Source: a virus
Length of the DNA stretch: 64,000 nucleotides
Virus record (IMG/VR): IMGVR_UViG_3300046538_000109
Coordinates: 7,211 to 71,210 of that record
Direction: 5' to 3' (one strand)
In this document: positions 12,001-18,920 of the stretch, in pieces
How positions within the stretch are numbered: the first letter of the stretch is position 1
Layout: every line of letters starts with the position of its first letter
Made by a program: the position numbers and the translations under genes
The notes under the pieces: model-generated
Database searches by the model: none
Told to the model about the DNA's origin: nothing
What the model saw: only the letters and a program-made list of their open reading frames with translations

Positions 12001-15000
12001 TCCCTGAGATCGCCGATGTCCAATACAACTTCGCCAACAACCGCTTCGAGCGCGTTTCACCCGTTCGCTCATCTGCCGACGAGTTACTGGCTGACGAATC
12101 CGCTGCGGGAGAACACGCTGCTGGCGCGCGGACTGGATCCGGCGACGCTCGAGGCGCTGTCGGACGAGGATCTGACGGCGCAAATGAAGGCGATGGGCAG
12201 CTCGGCCGAGTGGATGCAGTTGCTTTCACAGACACGGATTTTAAAGCTGTTGCACAATCGGTTCGAGACGCTTATGACGCTCTCTTTCCATCCCGTCGAG
12301 GAGCGTTTACGCCTCCGCTTGGCGTGTCTGATCTTAAGAGAGCGGCGCTTGTCGGTACCGTTTTACGCGAAGAGGGATCAGGAGCAGGGCGAGCGACACT
12401 GGATCACGTTTCAAACCGGCTGCTACAACGAGTAAGCCCGCAGCTCGACTCCGTTCTCTACAGCCGTGACGCGGAATACTTCCGCGATGACGGCAATTTC
12501 CTTCCTGCGATGCCTGCCGGCGTCGACGTCGGCGCCGCCGCGCCGCTCGAACTGAGCGGCCGCGAACTGCTGGACGCCAAGAAATCGACCGAGCAGCTGA
12601 ACCGCCAGCTGGCGAAGGCCGGCATGGAGCCGGTGCGCGCGCTGCGCGTGGCGCCGAACGCGAATTTCGCGCTGGCCCGCCAAATTGGCGAAGCGCTGGG
12701 CATCACGGTCAATTTCGTCAGTCGGAACCCGGAGTTCGAGGGCGTGGCGTACGATGGCATTGCCTACCTGGCTGACGGCATGCGCAACGCCGAGCTGGCG
12801 ATCGCCGGCCACGAGACGCTGCACGCGCTCGAGCAGGGCAACCCGGAGCTGGGCGCCAAGTTGCGCACCCAGATCCGCGCCTACCTCAAGGATGGCGTGG
12901 TCGAGGATCGCCAGGCGCGCGAGTATGCGGCAAACGGGCTGCAGGACGTCTCGGTCGAGCAGGCCGAGGCCGAAGTGATCGCCGATATCAATGGCGCGAT
13001 GTGGATGGATCCGGTGTTCTGGGCGGATCTGGCGAAGGCTGATCGCTCGCTGTTCCGCTCCGTGGCCTACAAATTCATGGAAGTGGCCGCCAAGGCCATC
13101 AAGAGCCTGCGCGGTTCGCGCTTTGACGTGAGCGCCCTGGTGCGCGACGTGGAAGCGGTGCGCGCGATCATGGTGGCCACCTGGGCCGAGCATGGCGCCA
13201 GCCGCGATGCCGCCGAACAGGCCAAACCGGCCGTGTTCAGCACGTCGAACCTGTCAGTCCCATTGCTTTTGCAGGATCGACTCACCGACACGGCGATAGC
13301 CGAAGAAGTGGAGAAACGCATCGGCCAGTTTGCGCACCAGCCCGCGATCCGGATCCGTGACAGCGCGGTTGGGGAACTCCCCGACGCGACAAGCGATGAC
13401 CGGGTGGCCGGGGCGGTCCACGATGGCGCCATCTACCTGTTCCGTGACCAGCTGCCCACCCGGATGGCGGTCCAGCGGACCCTGTTTCACGAGTTGTTCC
13501 ATTACGGGCTCCGACGTTTCCTGACAAAAGACGAGTATATCACCCACATGCTGGACCTCGCCGGGCGTGACGCCGACGTGGACCGGGATGCGCGCCGCTG
13601 GGCGGAAACCCCGGACGGGCGCCGCGCGGCGGCCTATGGTGGCGAAGACTATGCGCACGCCCGCGGCGTCGACGAGCTGCTCGCACAGATCGCCGAAACC
13701 AATGCAGGCGTCTTCCTCGACCAGTCGGTGCAGGCGCGCGTGCTGCGCACCGTGCAGGGCTGGCTGGCCAGCCTGGCACAGGCCTTCGGCATGAAGGCGA
13801 CGGCTGCTTACTTGCGCGGCATGAAAAGCGACGAGGCACGCTCCACGATTCGCTCGATGTTCGCCAAGCTGGAGCAAGACGCGCCGGCGTCGGTCGAGCC
13901 GTGGGGCCCCGCAGCCGACACGGCGTTCCGCCGCGACGGCGTCACGGCAACTCCCGCCTTCAAGGCGTGGTTCGGCGACAGCAAGGTGGTCGACGCCGAC
14001 GGCAAGCCGCTGGTGGTCTATCACGGCACCAACAAGGATATTTCCAAGTTCAAGGGCTCGCATATCTGGGTAACGGATGAGGCGGAACTGGCCAATGAAT
14101 TTGTGGCCGGCGGCCGCAGAAAGATGGGGGATAAGCCCGGGCGCGGCTCGGCCGTCTACCCGGTCTATGCGGCAATACAAAATCCCGTTGATCTGCGTGG
14201 ACTGGATCTGGCATCGGACGTCACCGTGCCGGAAATTCTCAAGCGCGCGGGCATTGCGCCCACCGACGCCATTCTGGAGAAGATTGCCCGGGAAAGCTTG
14301 GACAGTGGCTATGCCGGTGTTTCCGCAAGCCTTGGCGACCCGGTTCAATACCTCGTTGAAAAATACAAGGCCGGCAGTCGCTTGTCGAACCTGTTGGATA
14401 ACCCAGCGTTGAAGTCCGCGCTGGAAGCCGGCGGAATTGATGGCATCCACCTGACGGAGAAATATACCAAGGGCACGCGCAAGGCCCCAATATCGGCCCA
14501 GGCCGATACATATGCCGCCTTCCATCCGGCGCAGATCAAATCGGCCACCGGCAACAATGGCGAATTCGACCCCGGCAATGCCGGCATCGCCTTCAGCCGC
14601 GCCGGCCTGGGCGAGACGCTGGCCAGCGCCGCCAACAACGTCGCGGCGCTGCGCCTGCCGGCCGGTTACCTGGTGGGCGACCTGTTCAACCAGTCCGGCA
14701 AACTGAGCTGGTGGCACAAGACCATCGGCACCATGGAAAACCTGGCCAAGCGCCGGCCGGCGTTCGCCCGCGTCTACGCCGCGGTGCAGAGCTTCCTCGG
14801 CGACGTGTCGCGCTATGCGGTCCAGTCGGCGGATCTGGCGCCAACCCTGCTGCCAAAACTGGAAGACATCGCCGATATCATCGGCAAGAACCGCAAGAAG
14901 CCGCTGACCGGCGAGGATACCAAGGCGATCGGCGGGCCGATCTTCGAGGGCACGCTGGTATGGGCGCGTGACGCCAATGACGAGCCTGTCAAGATCGCCG

Positions 15001-17540
15001 AACTGGAAACTTGGGCCGATACGTTGACGGCCGGACAGAAAGCGCAGATCCTGCTGCAGAAAGGGATCATCGACGATGCGCAGCACCGCTCCTGGCTGAA
15101 CAGTCCGCTCAACCTCTACGAGGCGACCATCAACGTCCGGTTCAAAGCGACCCAGCTCAAGGCCGGCGTGGTGTGGTCCGATGCCGAACTGCGCCGCCTG
15201 TTCAACCTGAACGACGCGCAGATCGGGCTGTACCGCGAATTCCGCGCCGCGATCGACAAGAGCCTGACCAGCCTGACGATCAGTGAAATGATCAAGTTGG
15301 GCGGCAAGGACGCCAAGAGCATGCTGGATCAGGCGATGGCGGCGCCGGATCTGGCGTCGGCCGCTGAACTTCTGCGCGACCACTTCATCGAACTGGCGCG
15401 CATGGATCCGGAAAGGACGGATATGCACCTCGATACCGCCAAGCAGATTATGAATCTGGCGGACAAGGGGGAAGACCTGATGGACCGGGGTTATGCGCCG
15501 CTGTCACGCTTCGGCAAATACACGGTGTACGTGCAGGACGTAAATGAGGATGGGGAGGCCGAGCAGGTCTATTTCGGCATGTTTGAAACCCAGCACGAGG
15601 CCTCACGGATGGCGCGCCAGATGGCGGCCGAGCACCCGCAGGCGCAGGTTTCGCACGGCACCGTGTCCGAGGACGCCTACAAGCTGTTCGCCGGCGTGTC
15701 GCCGGAAACGATCGAGCTCTTCGGCTCCATGGTCGGACTGGACAGCCAGGCGGACCCCGCTACCAGCGAGGTCTACCAGGCGTATCTGAAACTGGCGAAG
15801 AACAATCGAAGCGCGATGAAGCGCATGATTCAGCGCAAGGGCATCGCCGGTTTCTCGGAGGACGCGGGCCGCGTGCTGGCCGGATTCATCTACAGCAATG
15901 CCCGCCTCACGGCCGGCAACGCGCACCTGGGCGAGATCGATGAGGCGATCACCGAGATCCCGAAACAGCAGGGCGAACTGACGGACGCCGCGATGCAGCT
16001 GCGCGAGCACATCCGCAATCCGGAGGGCGGCGGCAGCAAGTTGGGCGGCCTGATGTTCGCGCAGTTCCTGGGCGGATCGGTCGCCTCGGCCATGGTCAAC
16101 TTGACGCAGCCGTTTACCATGACGCTGCCTTACCTGAGCCAATGGGGCGGGCTGGCGAAAGCCGGCACGCGCCTGGGCGCCGCCATCAAGGACGCCGGCA
16201 AGAAGGAAACCGGCGATGCCGGCCTCGATGCCGCGCTGCGGTGGGCATCCGACGAGGGCATCGTGGCGCCGCAGGAGGTGCACTACCTGCAGGCGCAGGC
16301 GGCCGGCAAGGGCTCGCTGCAGTCGGGCGACGGCACGCCAGCCGGCAACGCGCGCGCGCACCTGAACAACGCCATGACCAAGGTGTCGCTGGGCTGGGGC
16401 AAGTTGTTCGCCATGGCCGAGCTGGCCAACCGTCGCGTGACGTTCATCGCGGCCTACCGCACGGCCGTGGCCGAGGGCATCGCCAACCCGGCGGAATTCG
16501 CCCGCGAGGCGGTGTCGCAGACTCAGGGCACCTACAACTCAGGCAACAAACCGAAGTGGGCGCGCGGCGCGATCGGTGGACTTTTATTGACCTTCAAGCA
16601 GTATTCGGTCGGCTACCTCGAGCTGCTATCGCGCATGGCCTTCGCCGGCGAGCCGGGTTCGCCAGAGCGGGCGGCCGGCCGCCGCGCCGCGCTGTACATG
16701 CTCGCGGTCCTGGTGCTGATGTCGGGCGCCGACGGCCTGCCGTTCGAGCAGGATCTGGAGGACGCGATCGACGGACTGATGCAGCGTTTGGGCTACAACT
16801 TCTCGAGCAAGCGCAAGAAGCAGGAAATTCTGACCGACGTGCTGGGCCAGGGCGGCGCCGACTTCGCGCTCAAGGGGATCTCGAGCATGCCGGGTATGCC
16901 GGTCGACGTCGCCGGCCGCTTTGGCATGGGCAACCTGCTGCCGGGCACCGGCCTGCTGACCAAGAAGGCGTCGTACACGTCGGATCTGGGCGAGCTGGCC
17001 GGGCCTGCGGGCGATTTGGTCAAGCGCGCATTCCTCGCCAGCGGCAAGGCGCTGGGCGGCGACCTGGCCGGCGCCGCGCTCGATATCTCCCCGGCATCCG
17101 TGCGCAATGTGGCCAAGGGCGCCGATATGCTGGCCACCGGCGCCTACCACGACGCGCGCGGCTACAAGGTCAACGACACGACCGGCCTGGAAGGCATAAT
17201 GAAGATCGTCGGCTTCCAGCCCAACAGCACGTCCAACATTCAGGATGCCAAGGGGCAGGCGCTGGACATGATCCAGCAGAACCGCTTGCGCTCGTCGGAG
17301 ATCACCGAGCACTGGGCGCAGGGGCTGGCCAACGGCGACACGGCGATGGTCGCAGAAGCCCGGGAGCAGCGCGACGACTGGAACAAGAAGAACCCGGACA
17401 CCCCGATCCGGGTCAACATGCCGGCCGTGATCCAGCGCGTACGCGCGATGAAACAGGACGCGATCAACCGGACGCAGAAGACCGCGCCGGCGGCACTGAA
17501 GGCATCGGTGCGTAACGAGCTGGCGGAGGTTCGGGGATAA
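12..17540 (+). CDS. Giant multidomain 'polyvalent' protein, DarB-like antirestriction/virion-injected type; >5842 aa, frame open upstream of window so N-terminus missing
   Basis: Single frame without stop for 17.5 kb; host-like high GC3 over the checked segments (N-terminal coil, C5-MTase); recognisable motifs in order (see findings): FtsK-gamma-like wHTH (~1020-1175), PPase-like DxDxID (~1320-1660), C5-MTase (3445-4050), N6-MTase (6480-7260), SNF2 helicase (8760-10560), two HExxH (12809-12823, 13488-13502), YHGT ART-like (14020-14031), hydrophobic C-term (~15950-17000). The track's GTG at 12 is not the true start. Confidence 0.7.
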   Translation: MQAAATAQAAASAPAAAASAPAAAQSALPSIAQIDARMAELVAIGQGSLASSTTDAAGNKVKVPGVPGRRLTHEEITEYNSLEAARRQRAAIPADQQAEFTALLAAEEAENNKKFEPAKLAAEQARAEAEARRAAAEEAQQQAAQKARDDAEHAQIASMVNADEQLRQQTAKVRQQQDLDDIATRVARDNAARAEVNRAGLRDDVLADDSIPADGKKSAFAAALKREGYRSTELTEADHHEIDAATAPVPSLPNELVDAVPERKASAPAAAPGAPNTDAVDAAIAAGMRLKTANGAVLHKPGSSKIFKLSTAQRAHYLERMATPAAAPAPAAPNVAEADDALYAEAEAFVRTTNDASAAKLQQQFKIGYNRAQRLLEKMHAAGLVSPMTSAGARTVTAPAPADAQPSAAAQAFDAAAQQAATSPQNDLPEPTAAQKEAGNYKVGRAKLHGLDLSIENPAGSTRKGVDKSGTPWETTMQHHYGYIRGTVGADKDHIDTFIGKNLDSDKVFVVDQIHPDSGKFDEHKVMLGFNSLEEARAAYQANYDANWTGGRAITETTVDGFKSWLASGKTKKPFAAPRNSAAAPTAPAAAAAPSAPQLTKIELNKMTVKDMTNDQLLQAKEVFKGQSREPKIDREIAARDIAPAADRIVADELVVPKQAAPDARERARTLADLAANAGHAVDIDGHFKPGVYGTAEQPLKFVSGMTAPGDFTRLFSNGKNVGISMLELSKVSVPRIAEQLAKAEGAHLFVDSGAFSIHMSNVREKEAAERELREVAEAAKLDHAALFDRYEDLSRAISVASDGTANGRALFVMPDIVGDQAGSLALVQRYASEINSYGASAIVPLQGGELTLTQAYEQMMRHLGMDPAGDISPLIGIPSQAEAVSNDEFTDLLRKHGDRIHGVHILGALSDQRLQPRLNAMIAAGYDFNVSADANRVRSLTSKSRPRKEAVKAVLNSDTADGAPMPRVVRDDQRPEPAEPVSALKQRARAAETVEPNEPAQLGVHANATAPEHVVLGVDDRELGQVVEEFNDAQAEMMQGAHAISNIFQPPTKREVVRLEDKARATGKLWDKKEVQAYNKNLAAREVLEKENQPIPAELAKVIADFEAVYLPHAARLEKEAKAEIGKWKNHAQAQGDDPATRRANGRKIVLSLFDLSGEWSRPWEEAGYQVYRFDIQDDPTVGDVNNFSSEFFGDWFGDFDGLDIHAVLAATPCTDFAVSGARHFAAKDKDGRTVSSVKLVHQTLRVIEYFKPSVWAIENPVGRIEKLGGLPPWRLSFDPNHLGDSYTKKTLLWGRFNADLPVAPVEPTEGSKMHRLYGGKSMATKNARSETPKGFSYGFFMANNVADHPAMALANKFDRLDRALIEQAMAAGVTEEQITEAVEDYYYMDQDDDAANAAVRDLIAEAAPDPEPAPTKPKARQEPAKKKGTKQASAPQPAPATAMAAAKSGQDFGQKARDVVNMLPQITTFEQVATAENLLFDLAYEMERAKDQLAPQVRAAADSVRVFKMINTGDKSYAREGEGVRRTLENVLEQHPPAAKVEENAPAKVNLGSAATGSVLNAEDGTLYRIEGIDIGANKIRTTRNPDMGSERVVLMDQGRYDRLAAEDASVREASVKAADSVRKTTPAAQPAADLTGLDQRIAEVEQHLATTRQSQKDAEKNGNAWTWDKKVAEWEKTLAAYQEARERLLNPPPPSQFAGNKLFTSDAVEKARARMKSKLSQLNSGMDPELMMDGITIAGAYIESGVRSFAAFSKAMVGDLGEAVRPYLRSFYEGVRHYPGLDAAGMNSSAEIDAMEQANTAPHTQASPIKNDAIGETVKAKPSRAKAPADTLLRDDWGVSHIDGYAELPGGANEQTDYGLRGGLKDAFLKDAQNYLRKVSLELQAQGFVPYTADNGKPLKVVSVNESGTAGSGDISLYAYHPEKQHGIYLHIGDTAIRGMVPTTKSGIALMMRVGHTGDRTGTQDHNRWMPVNLSAVDLAEQAAKAVHAAALARSRVAQSPTINHTETIPAPVAEPKEQNNDSTPAASAPAIDSPVAEGQRPAGSHAVTRGAEQPRAGAGRDDARSVRERGGRDQVADDAREDLGDRPGDDAVPDRAPDAVAGHSKSVSADFRPDLGGLTREGSWFDTAKRNIDLIELALKIESEGRPATAAEQAQLAKYVGFGASAIRNKLFPIPPSYAKQQDPNRLIWPSLIGEASWRALAERMEALPAAWQRSVLQSSQYAHYTSEGIIRSAWSAMQRLGFTGGKVFEPGMGIGSFSMLMPDAVRKTSRYTGVEFDGPTALIARLLSPEQNMLHDDFIKRKFPKDYFDVAIGNPPFSQTQIFADPDYEKHGFMLHDFFFAKSIDRVRPGGLLAFVTSKGTMDKQTDKARKYLAARADLVGAIRLPSTAFEDNAGTSVVTDVIFLRKRLEDEAPAGAAWANVATVDTKDGPVVINEYFAKHPEMVLGQNRISGGADDMGRRINSNGRGAAQYTVVSYDQTPAELDAKFAAAVERLPQNVYSVLGQSTESVQRETAKVDFDPSVKREGVVYQAKDGAIMRVEHGVGVPLASGMKMTESDKAWFASYIGLRDLVNEARLAQATDGKWESSLKKLNKAYDAFRKEHGPINDFRVQVRKSTDEDGKEVETESRIFKNRRRFREDYDAAILTQLETINEAGDIVKSAFLQGRTIGKPITREIKTVGDALAVSLDETGRLNLADVGRRIGLNREETIEALGNQVFQAPAGDWQLADEYLSGDVVSKLEEAEQAARLDESLYRNVEALKAVQPEKLGPSQISAKLGASWIPEAHVNEFAGEIDAGAVTFDPKTETWQVDGGNLRSQRRAGAEYGTAARSPSELLESALNSRSVKILHGKGAGELAGKTDQEATTAANEMLKKIKDKFKGWVWTDAERASELVESYNRRYNNIAPRRFDGSHLTLPGVSLRYTLHPHQKNGIWRQVQTGDTYLAHAVGAGKTIEMIAGGMEQKRLGLIKKPMYVVPNHMLEQFSNEFMELYPLANIMVADDENFSAERRKAFIANATLNNPDAVIITHDAFQRIGVKEESVAPIRDEILADLEIELSETAKDNGARVRRSQLEQQIEAVTQRFDRIISAGGKDSTLKFEDIGVDFIFADEAHVFRKLDFHTSQQIKGIDPNGSKRALDMYVKTRWLQQQRPGRAMVFASGTPVTNTMGELYTIMRFFAPKEMDRAGISTFDAWARQFGEVAPALEPNAAGKYELIERFAKFDNVPELMSRVRQFMDVLTSEHLGALVKRPDLIGGKPNLNIVQPSAALEHYMKTVLGPRIEISKKWKPTKDEPSNPDPIVSIITDGRFAAIDPRFFGGELGEEGSIITEMGDKVAAAYHAGKNNVYQDKNGKDEPIKGSTQIVFYNMGFGEQSQKNRGFNARAAFTKRLTDGGIPRDQIAWFDDANTDAKKEAVFKDMRSGKLRVLIGSAKKMGTGVNVQKRLAVLHYQDPPWFPADVEQPHGRIIRQGNQNGEVAIEWYTTKGTYQSTMWQMVGRKQRFIDQAFSGDKSLRSMEDMGEASLFEQAAAVASGDPRAIQLAGLKQEVERFERLQAAHASEQINVRSALRSAEWQVESAQKRIVSYGAAFKAIGERFYSFTSGKVGNRLFDKIGEFGQAIKDAFNEVAADAVLGGPVQDRQIATLDTLPITVDSEFDKTGKNPSGELSLYVNVGSQALHISTAPAFGADVDAVGLGRRMVNSVNGISSDLSRAKSDLASGQTDLVRLRKKQGAPFEYQQEMAEKYGDLKRLEEELRLEGLAKDEPALPIVINADGSSTEDSAASAGEQGQELAFSRARIDSDDPLVNIFSKIAQDDAAFRLPTSTGKTLSAVMADMAGLSVNEFYGAGVEEDPKMPVDRVWEVSAPSGEHAWVYRNNKNKEIWLDISNWKEGKLGAEVYQAVATFAKNTGHTFIGDPQGLSDKALYRRTEHMISSALRHGTTEHLAPHSRQREDIATATGTPMRPIQWREGDHGHNLREMLVSSYTNILQVFPEIADVQYNFANNRFERVSPVRSSADELLADESAAGEHAAGARTGSGDARGAVGRGSDGANEGDGQLGRVDAVAFTDTDFKAVAQSVRDAYDALFPSRRGAFTPPLGVSDLKRAALVGTVLREEGSGAGRATLDHVSNRLLQRVSPQLDSVLYSRDAEYFRDDGNFLPAMPAGVDVGAAAPLELSGRELLDAKKSTEQLNRQLAKAGMEPVRALRVAPNANFALARQIGEALGITVNFVSRNPEFEGVAYDGIAYLADGMRNAELAIAGHETLHALEQGNPELGAKLRTQIRAYLKDGVVEDRQAREYAANGLQDVSVEQAEAEVIADINGAMWMDPVFWADLAKADRSLFRSVAYKFMEVAAKAIKSLRGSRFDVSALVRDVEAVRAIMVATWAEHGASRDAAEQAKPAVFSTSNLSVPLLLQDRLTDTAIAEEVEKRIGQFAHQPAIRIRDSAVGELPDATSDDRVAGAVHDGAIYLFRDQLPTRMAVQRTLFHELFHYGLRRFLTKDEYITHMLDLAGRDADVDRDARRWAETPDGRRAAAYGGEDYAHARGVDELLAQIAETNAGVFLDQSVQARVLRTVQGWLASLAQAFGMKATAAYLRGMKSDEARSTIRSMFAKLEQDAPASVEPWGPAADTAFRRDGVTATPAFKAWFGDSKVVDADGKPLVVYHGTNKDISKFKGSHIWVTDEAELANEFVAGGRRKMGDKPGRGSAVYPVYAAIQNPVDLRGLDLASDVTVPEILKRAGIAPTDAILEKIARESLDSGYAGVSASLGDPVQYLVEKYKAGSRLSNLLDNPALKSALEAGGIDGIHLTEKYTKGTRKAPISAQADTYAAFHPAQIKSATGNNGEFDPGNAGIAFSRAGLGETLASAANNVAALRLPAGYLVGDLFNQSGKLSWWHKTIGTMENLAKRRPAFARVYAAVQSFLGDVSRYAVQSADLAPTLLPKLEDIADIIGKNRKKPLTGEDTKAIGGPIFEGTLVWARDANDEPVKIAELETWADTLTAGQKAQILLQKGIIDDAQHRSWLNSPLNLYEATINVRFKATQLKAGVVWSDAELRRLFNLNDAQIGLYREFRAAIDKSLTSLTISEMIKLGGKDAKSMLDQAMAAPDLASAAELLRDHFIELARMDPERTDMHLDTAKQIMNLADKGEDLMDRGYAPLSRFGKYTVYVQDVNEDGEAEQVYFGMFETQHEASRMARQMAAEHPQAQVSHGTVSEDAYKLFAGVSPETIELFGSMVGLDSQADPATSEVYQAYLKLAKNNRSAMKRMIQRKGIAGFSEDAGRVLAGFIYSNARLTAGNAHLGEIDEAITEIPKQQGELTDAAMQLREHIRNPEGGGSKLGGLMFAQFLGGSVASAMVNLTQPFTMTLPYLSQWGGLAKAGTRLGAAIKDAGKKETGDAGLDAALRWASDEGIVAPQEVHYLQAQAAGKGSLQSGDGTPAGNARAHLNNAMTKVSLGWGKLFAMAELANRRVTFIAAYRTAVAEGIANPAEFAREAVSQTQGTYNSGNKPKWARGAIGGLLLTFKQYSVGYLELLSRMAFAGEPGSPERAAGRRAALYMLAVLVLMSGADGLPFEQDLEDAIDGLMQRLGYNFSSKRKKQEILTDVLGQGGADFALKGISSMPGMPVDVAGRFGMGNLLPGTGLLTKKASYTSDLGELAGPAGDLVKRAFLASGKALGGDLAGAALDISPASVRNVAKGADMLATGAYHDARGYKVNDTTGLEGIMKIVGFQPNSTSNIQDAKGQALDMIQQNRLRSSEITEHWAQGLANGDTAMVAEAREQRDDWNKKNPDTPIRVNMPAVIQRVRAMKQDAINRTQKTAPAALKASVRNELAEVRG
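6082..6378 (+). CDS. 98-aa acidic hypothetical protein encoded in an alternative frame inside the giant ORF's low-complexity linker
   Basis: Perfect SD GAAGGAG (6068-6074) 7 nt before ATG 6082; GC3 ~85% in this frame vs ~45% in the giant frame over the same 297 nt; translation is well-composed (MIPPLQQVRLRSIRRWLKDNDQQAATLSLEALNSRALELDETMLEAFESGEDEIKSQMMREKTWGTDQGMTRFPTERLTLWQDIASQFLPTSALISED) whereas the giant frame reads Ala/Gly/Arg/Asp/Pro low-complexity here; preceded by a short AT-richer stretch (6020-6081). Confidence 0.4.
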   Translation: MIPPLQQVRLRSIRRWLKDNDQQAATLSLEALNSRALELDETMLEAFESGEDEIKSQMMREKTWGTDQGMTRFPTERLTLWQDIASQFLPTSALISED

Positions 17541-17553
17541 GCTCCCGCGCAAG

Positions 17554-17590
17554 TAAAAAGCCCCGGGGTGATACCCGGGGCTTTTTTTCG
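17554..17590. terminator. Intrinsic (rho-independent) terminator after giant ORF, probably bidirectional
   Basis: aaaaagccccgggg-tgatac-ccggggcttttttt hairpin followed by T-run directly after stop at 17540; convergent minus-strand gene ends at 17592. Confidence 0.6.
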
Positions 17591-17591
17591 T

Positions 17592-18044
17592 CTAGTGGAT
17601 CGCTTCCCACAGGGCGGGCTGCATGCTCCTGTACCGCTCTTCAAAGCGTTCGGACCATGGGAACTGGCCGCGCGTATCTGGCAGCACAAGCTGCAAGACC
17701 GTGGGAGGCAGGGGGCGGCCCGCATAATAATTGAACAGCTGCACTGTGTAATCAGCCGCTTTCTCCGTAGCGATCGACTTGGCGGCTATCGGCAGATGCG
17801 AGAGCACGTCAACAATCAGATCGCTGTCGCGGTACACGTCGCCCTGCTTGATTCGCGCGACCAGGTTGTGCATCACGATATGCGCCATTTGCGGCGGCAG
17901 GCCGAAGATCAGCAATTCCGGATGCTTGGCCGATTCGGTCAGTCCGACCGTATAGGCGAAGCCGGGCGATTTCTCGCTGGCGAATACCGCCATCACGGAA
18001 AAGCCATGCTCGGCAATTAGCCGGCCGAGGCGGCTGTCATCCAT
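17592..18044 (-). CDS. Hypothetical protein (150 aa)
   Basis: ORF with translationally coupled neighbours (start overlaps stop of upstream gene at 18037-18044); no recognised catalytic motif. Confidence 0.45.
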   Translation of the reverse strand: MDDSRLGRLIAEHGFSVMAVFASEKSPGFAYTVGLTESAKHPELLIFGLPPQMAHIVMHNLVARIKQGDVYRDSDLIVDVLSHLPIAAKSIATEKAADYTVQLFNYYAGRPLPPTVLQLVLPDTRGQFPWSERFEERYRSMQPALWEAIH

Positions 18045-18327
18045 TGGCGGCCTCCACCGTCGTGGCGACCGTACCCGCGTCGCGGCGATAGTTTTTGATC
18101 ACGTTGCCGTCCTTATCGAAATAGCGGGTTTCCCACCAGGGATGGCAATTACTCGAACCCTTCCCATATTTGAGTCGGTTGGTAAAGACAACGTCCAGAT
18201 TGGCGCTGGAATTCATGCCAACGATCGTTCCCATATCGCCCGCGACTTCGATCTGCATGCCAATGCGAACCCAATCCATGCCTCGGCAGCGGATCATATC
18301 GGCGATAAACTGGCTGGCTTTGCTCAT
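18037..18327 (-). CDS. Hypothetical protein (96 aa)
   Basis: ORF in minus-strand operon, ATGA-type overlaps with both neighbours. Confidence 0.4.
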   Translation of the reverse strand: MSKASQFIADMIRCRGMDWVRIGMQIEVAGDMGTIVGMNSSANLDVVFTNRLKYGKGSSNCHPWWETRYFDKDGNVIKNYRRDAGTVATTVEAANG

Positions 18328-18902
18328 GCGGCCTCCCTGGAAAGTCGGGGTTCAATAATGGCATGCTCAACGGGCCGGAAAATTTCCTCCACGCGTGGCG
18401 ATTCCAGAAATTTATCCTTGATGACCACGCGCAGGCCTTTGCCGAGCGTGCGGAAGAAGCCATAGGATTTCCAGTTACACGGCTTGCCATCGCGCACCGT
18501 GCCGGCGTCGCATTCATACGGGTTATTGGAGTGGCCATCGCATGACGGGCAAACGTATTTCCCCGATGGGTAGGCCGCTTTAAATGCAGCCAGTGTGTCA
18601 AACATCGCCACGTCGGCAAGGCTCGGGAAGTTGGCCTCTTGGTAGAAGTTGATGGCGTTCACGTTGCGGCAGCTCTCGATGGCGGCCAGCACGGCATCCT
18701 GGGTCAGACCCAGCGCGGCGGCGTATTCCGGCAGCACGCGGTCGAGCAGGGCGCGCACGCTGGCGGCGCGTTCCTCTCCGATGCGACCCGCCCATCCGGC
18801 GATGCACTCGGCGGCTAAGGCGTTAATGGTTTCAGCCATCGTTTTCTGCGGCGCATTCGCGATCGGGTTGCAGCCCGGCGCATTATTTGTCTTGGTTGTC
18901 AT
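18324..18902 (-). CDS. Hypothetical Cys-rich protein (192 aa), possible zinc-ribbon
   Basis: Motif CPSCDGHSNNPYECDAG...KPC near C-terminus; operon position. Confidence 0.45.
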   Translation of the reverse strand: MTTKTNNAPGCNPIANAPQKTMAETINALAAECIAGWAGRIGEERAASVRALLDRVLPEYAAALGLTQDAVLAAIESCRNVNAINFYQEANFPSLADVAMFDTLAAFKAAYPSGKYVCPSCDGHSNNPYECDAGTVRDGKPCNWKSYGFFRTLGKGLRVVIKDKFLESPRVEEIFRPVEHAIIEPRLSREAA

Positions 18903-18920
18903 AGCTGTTTTCTGAGGAAA

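Noticed and set aside
12-17540. Possibility that the giant frame is an artefactual fusion created by sequencing/assembly error
   Set aside because: Not rejected outright (see findings), but no in-frame stop exists anywhere, domain order matches known DarB/polyvalent architectures, and GC3 is host-like in the segments checked; the only anomaly is the 6020-6378 linker.
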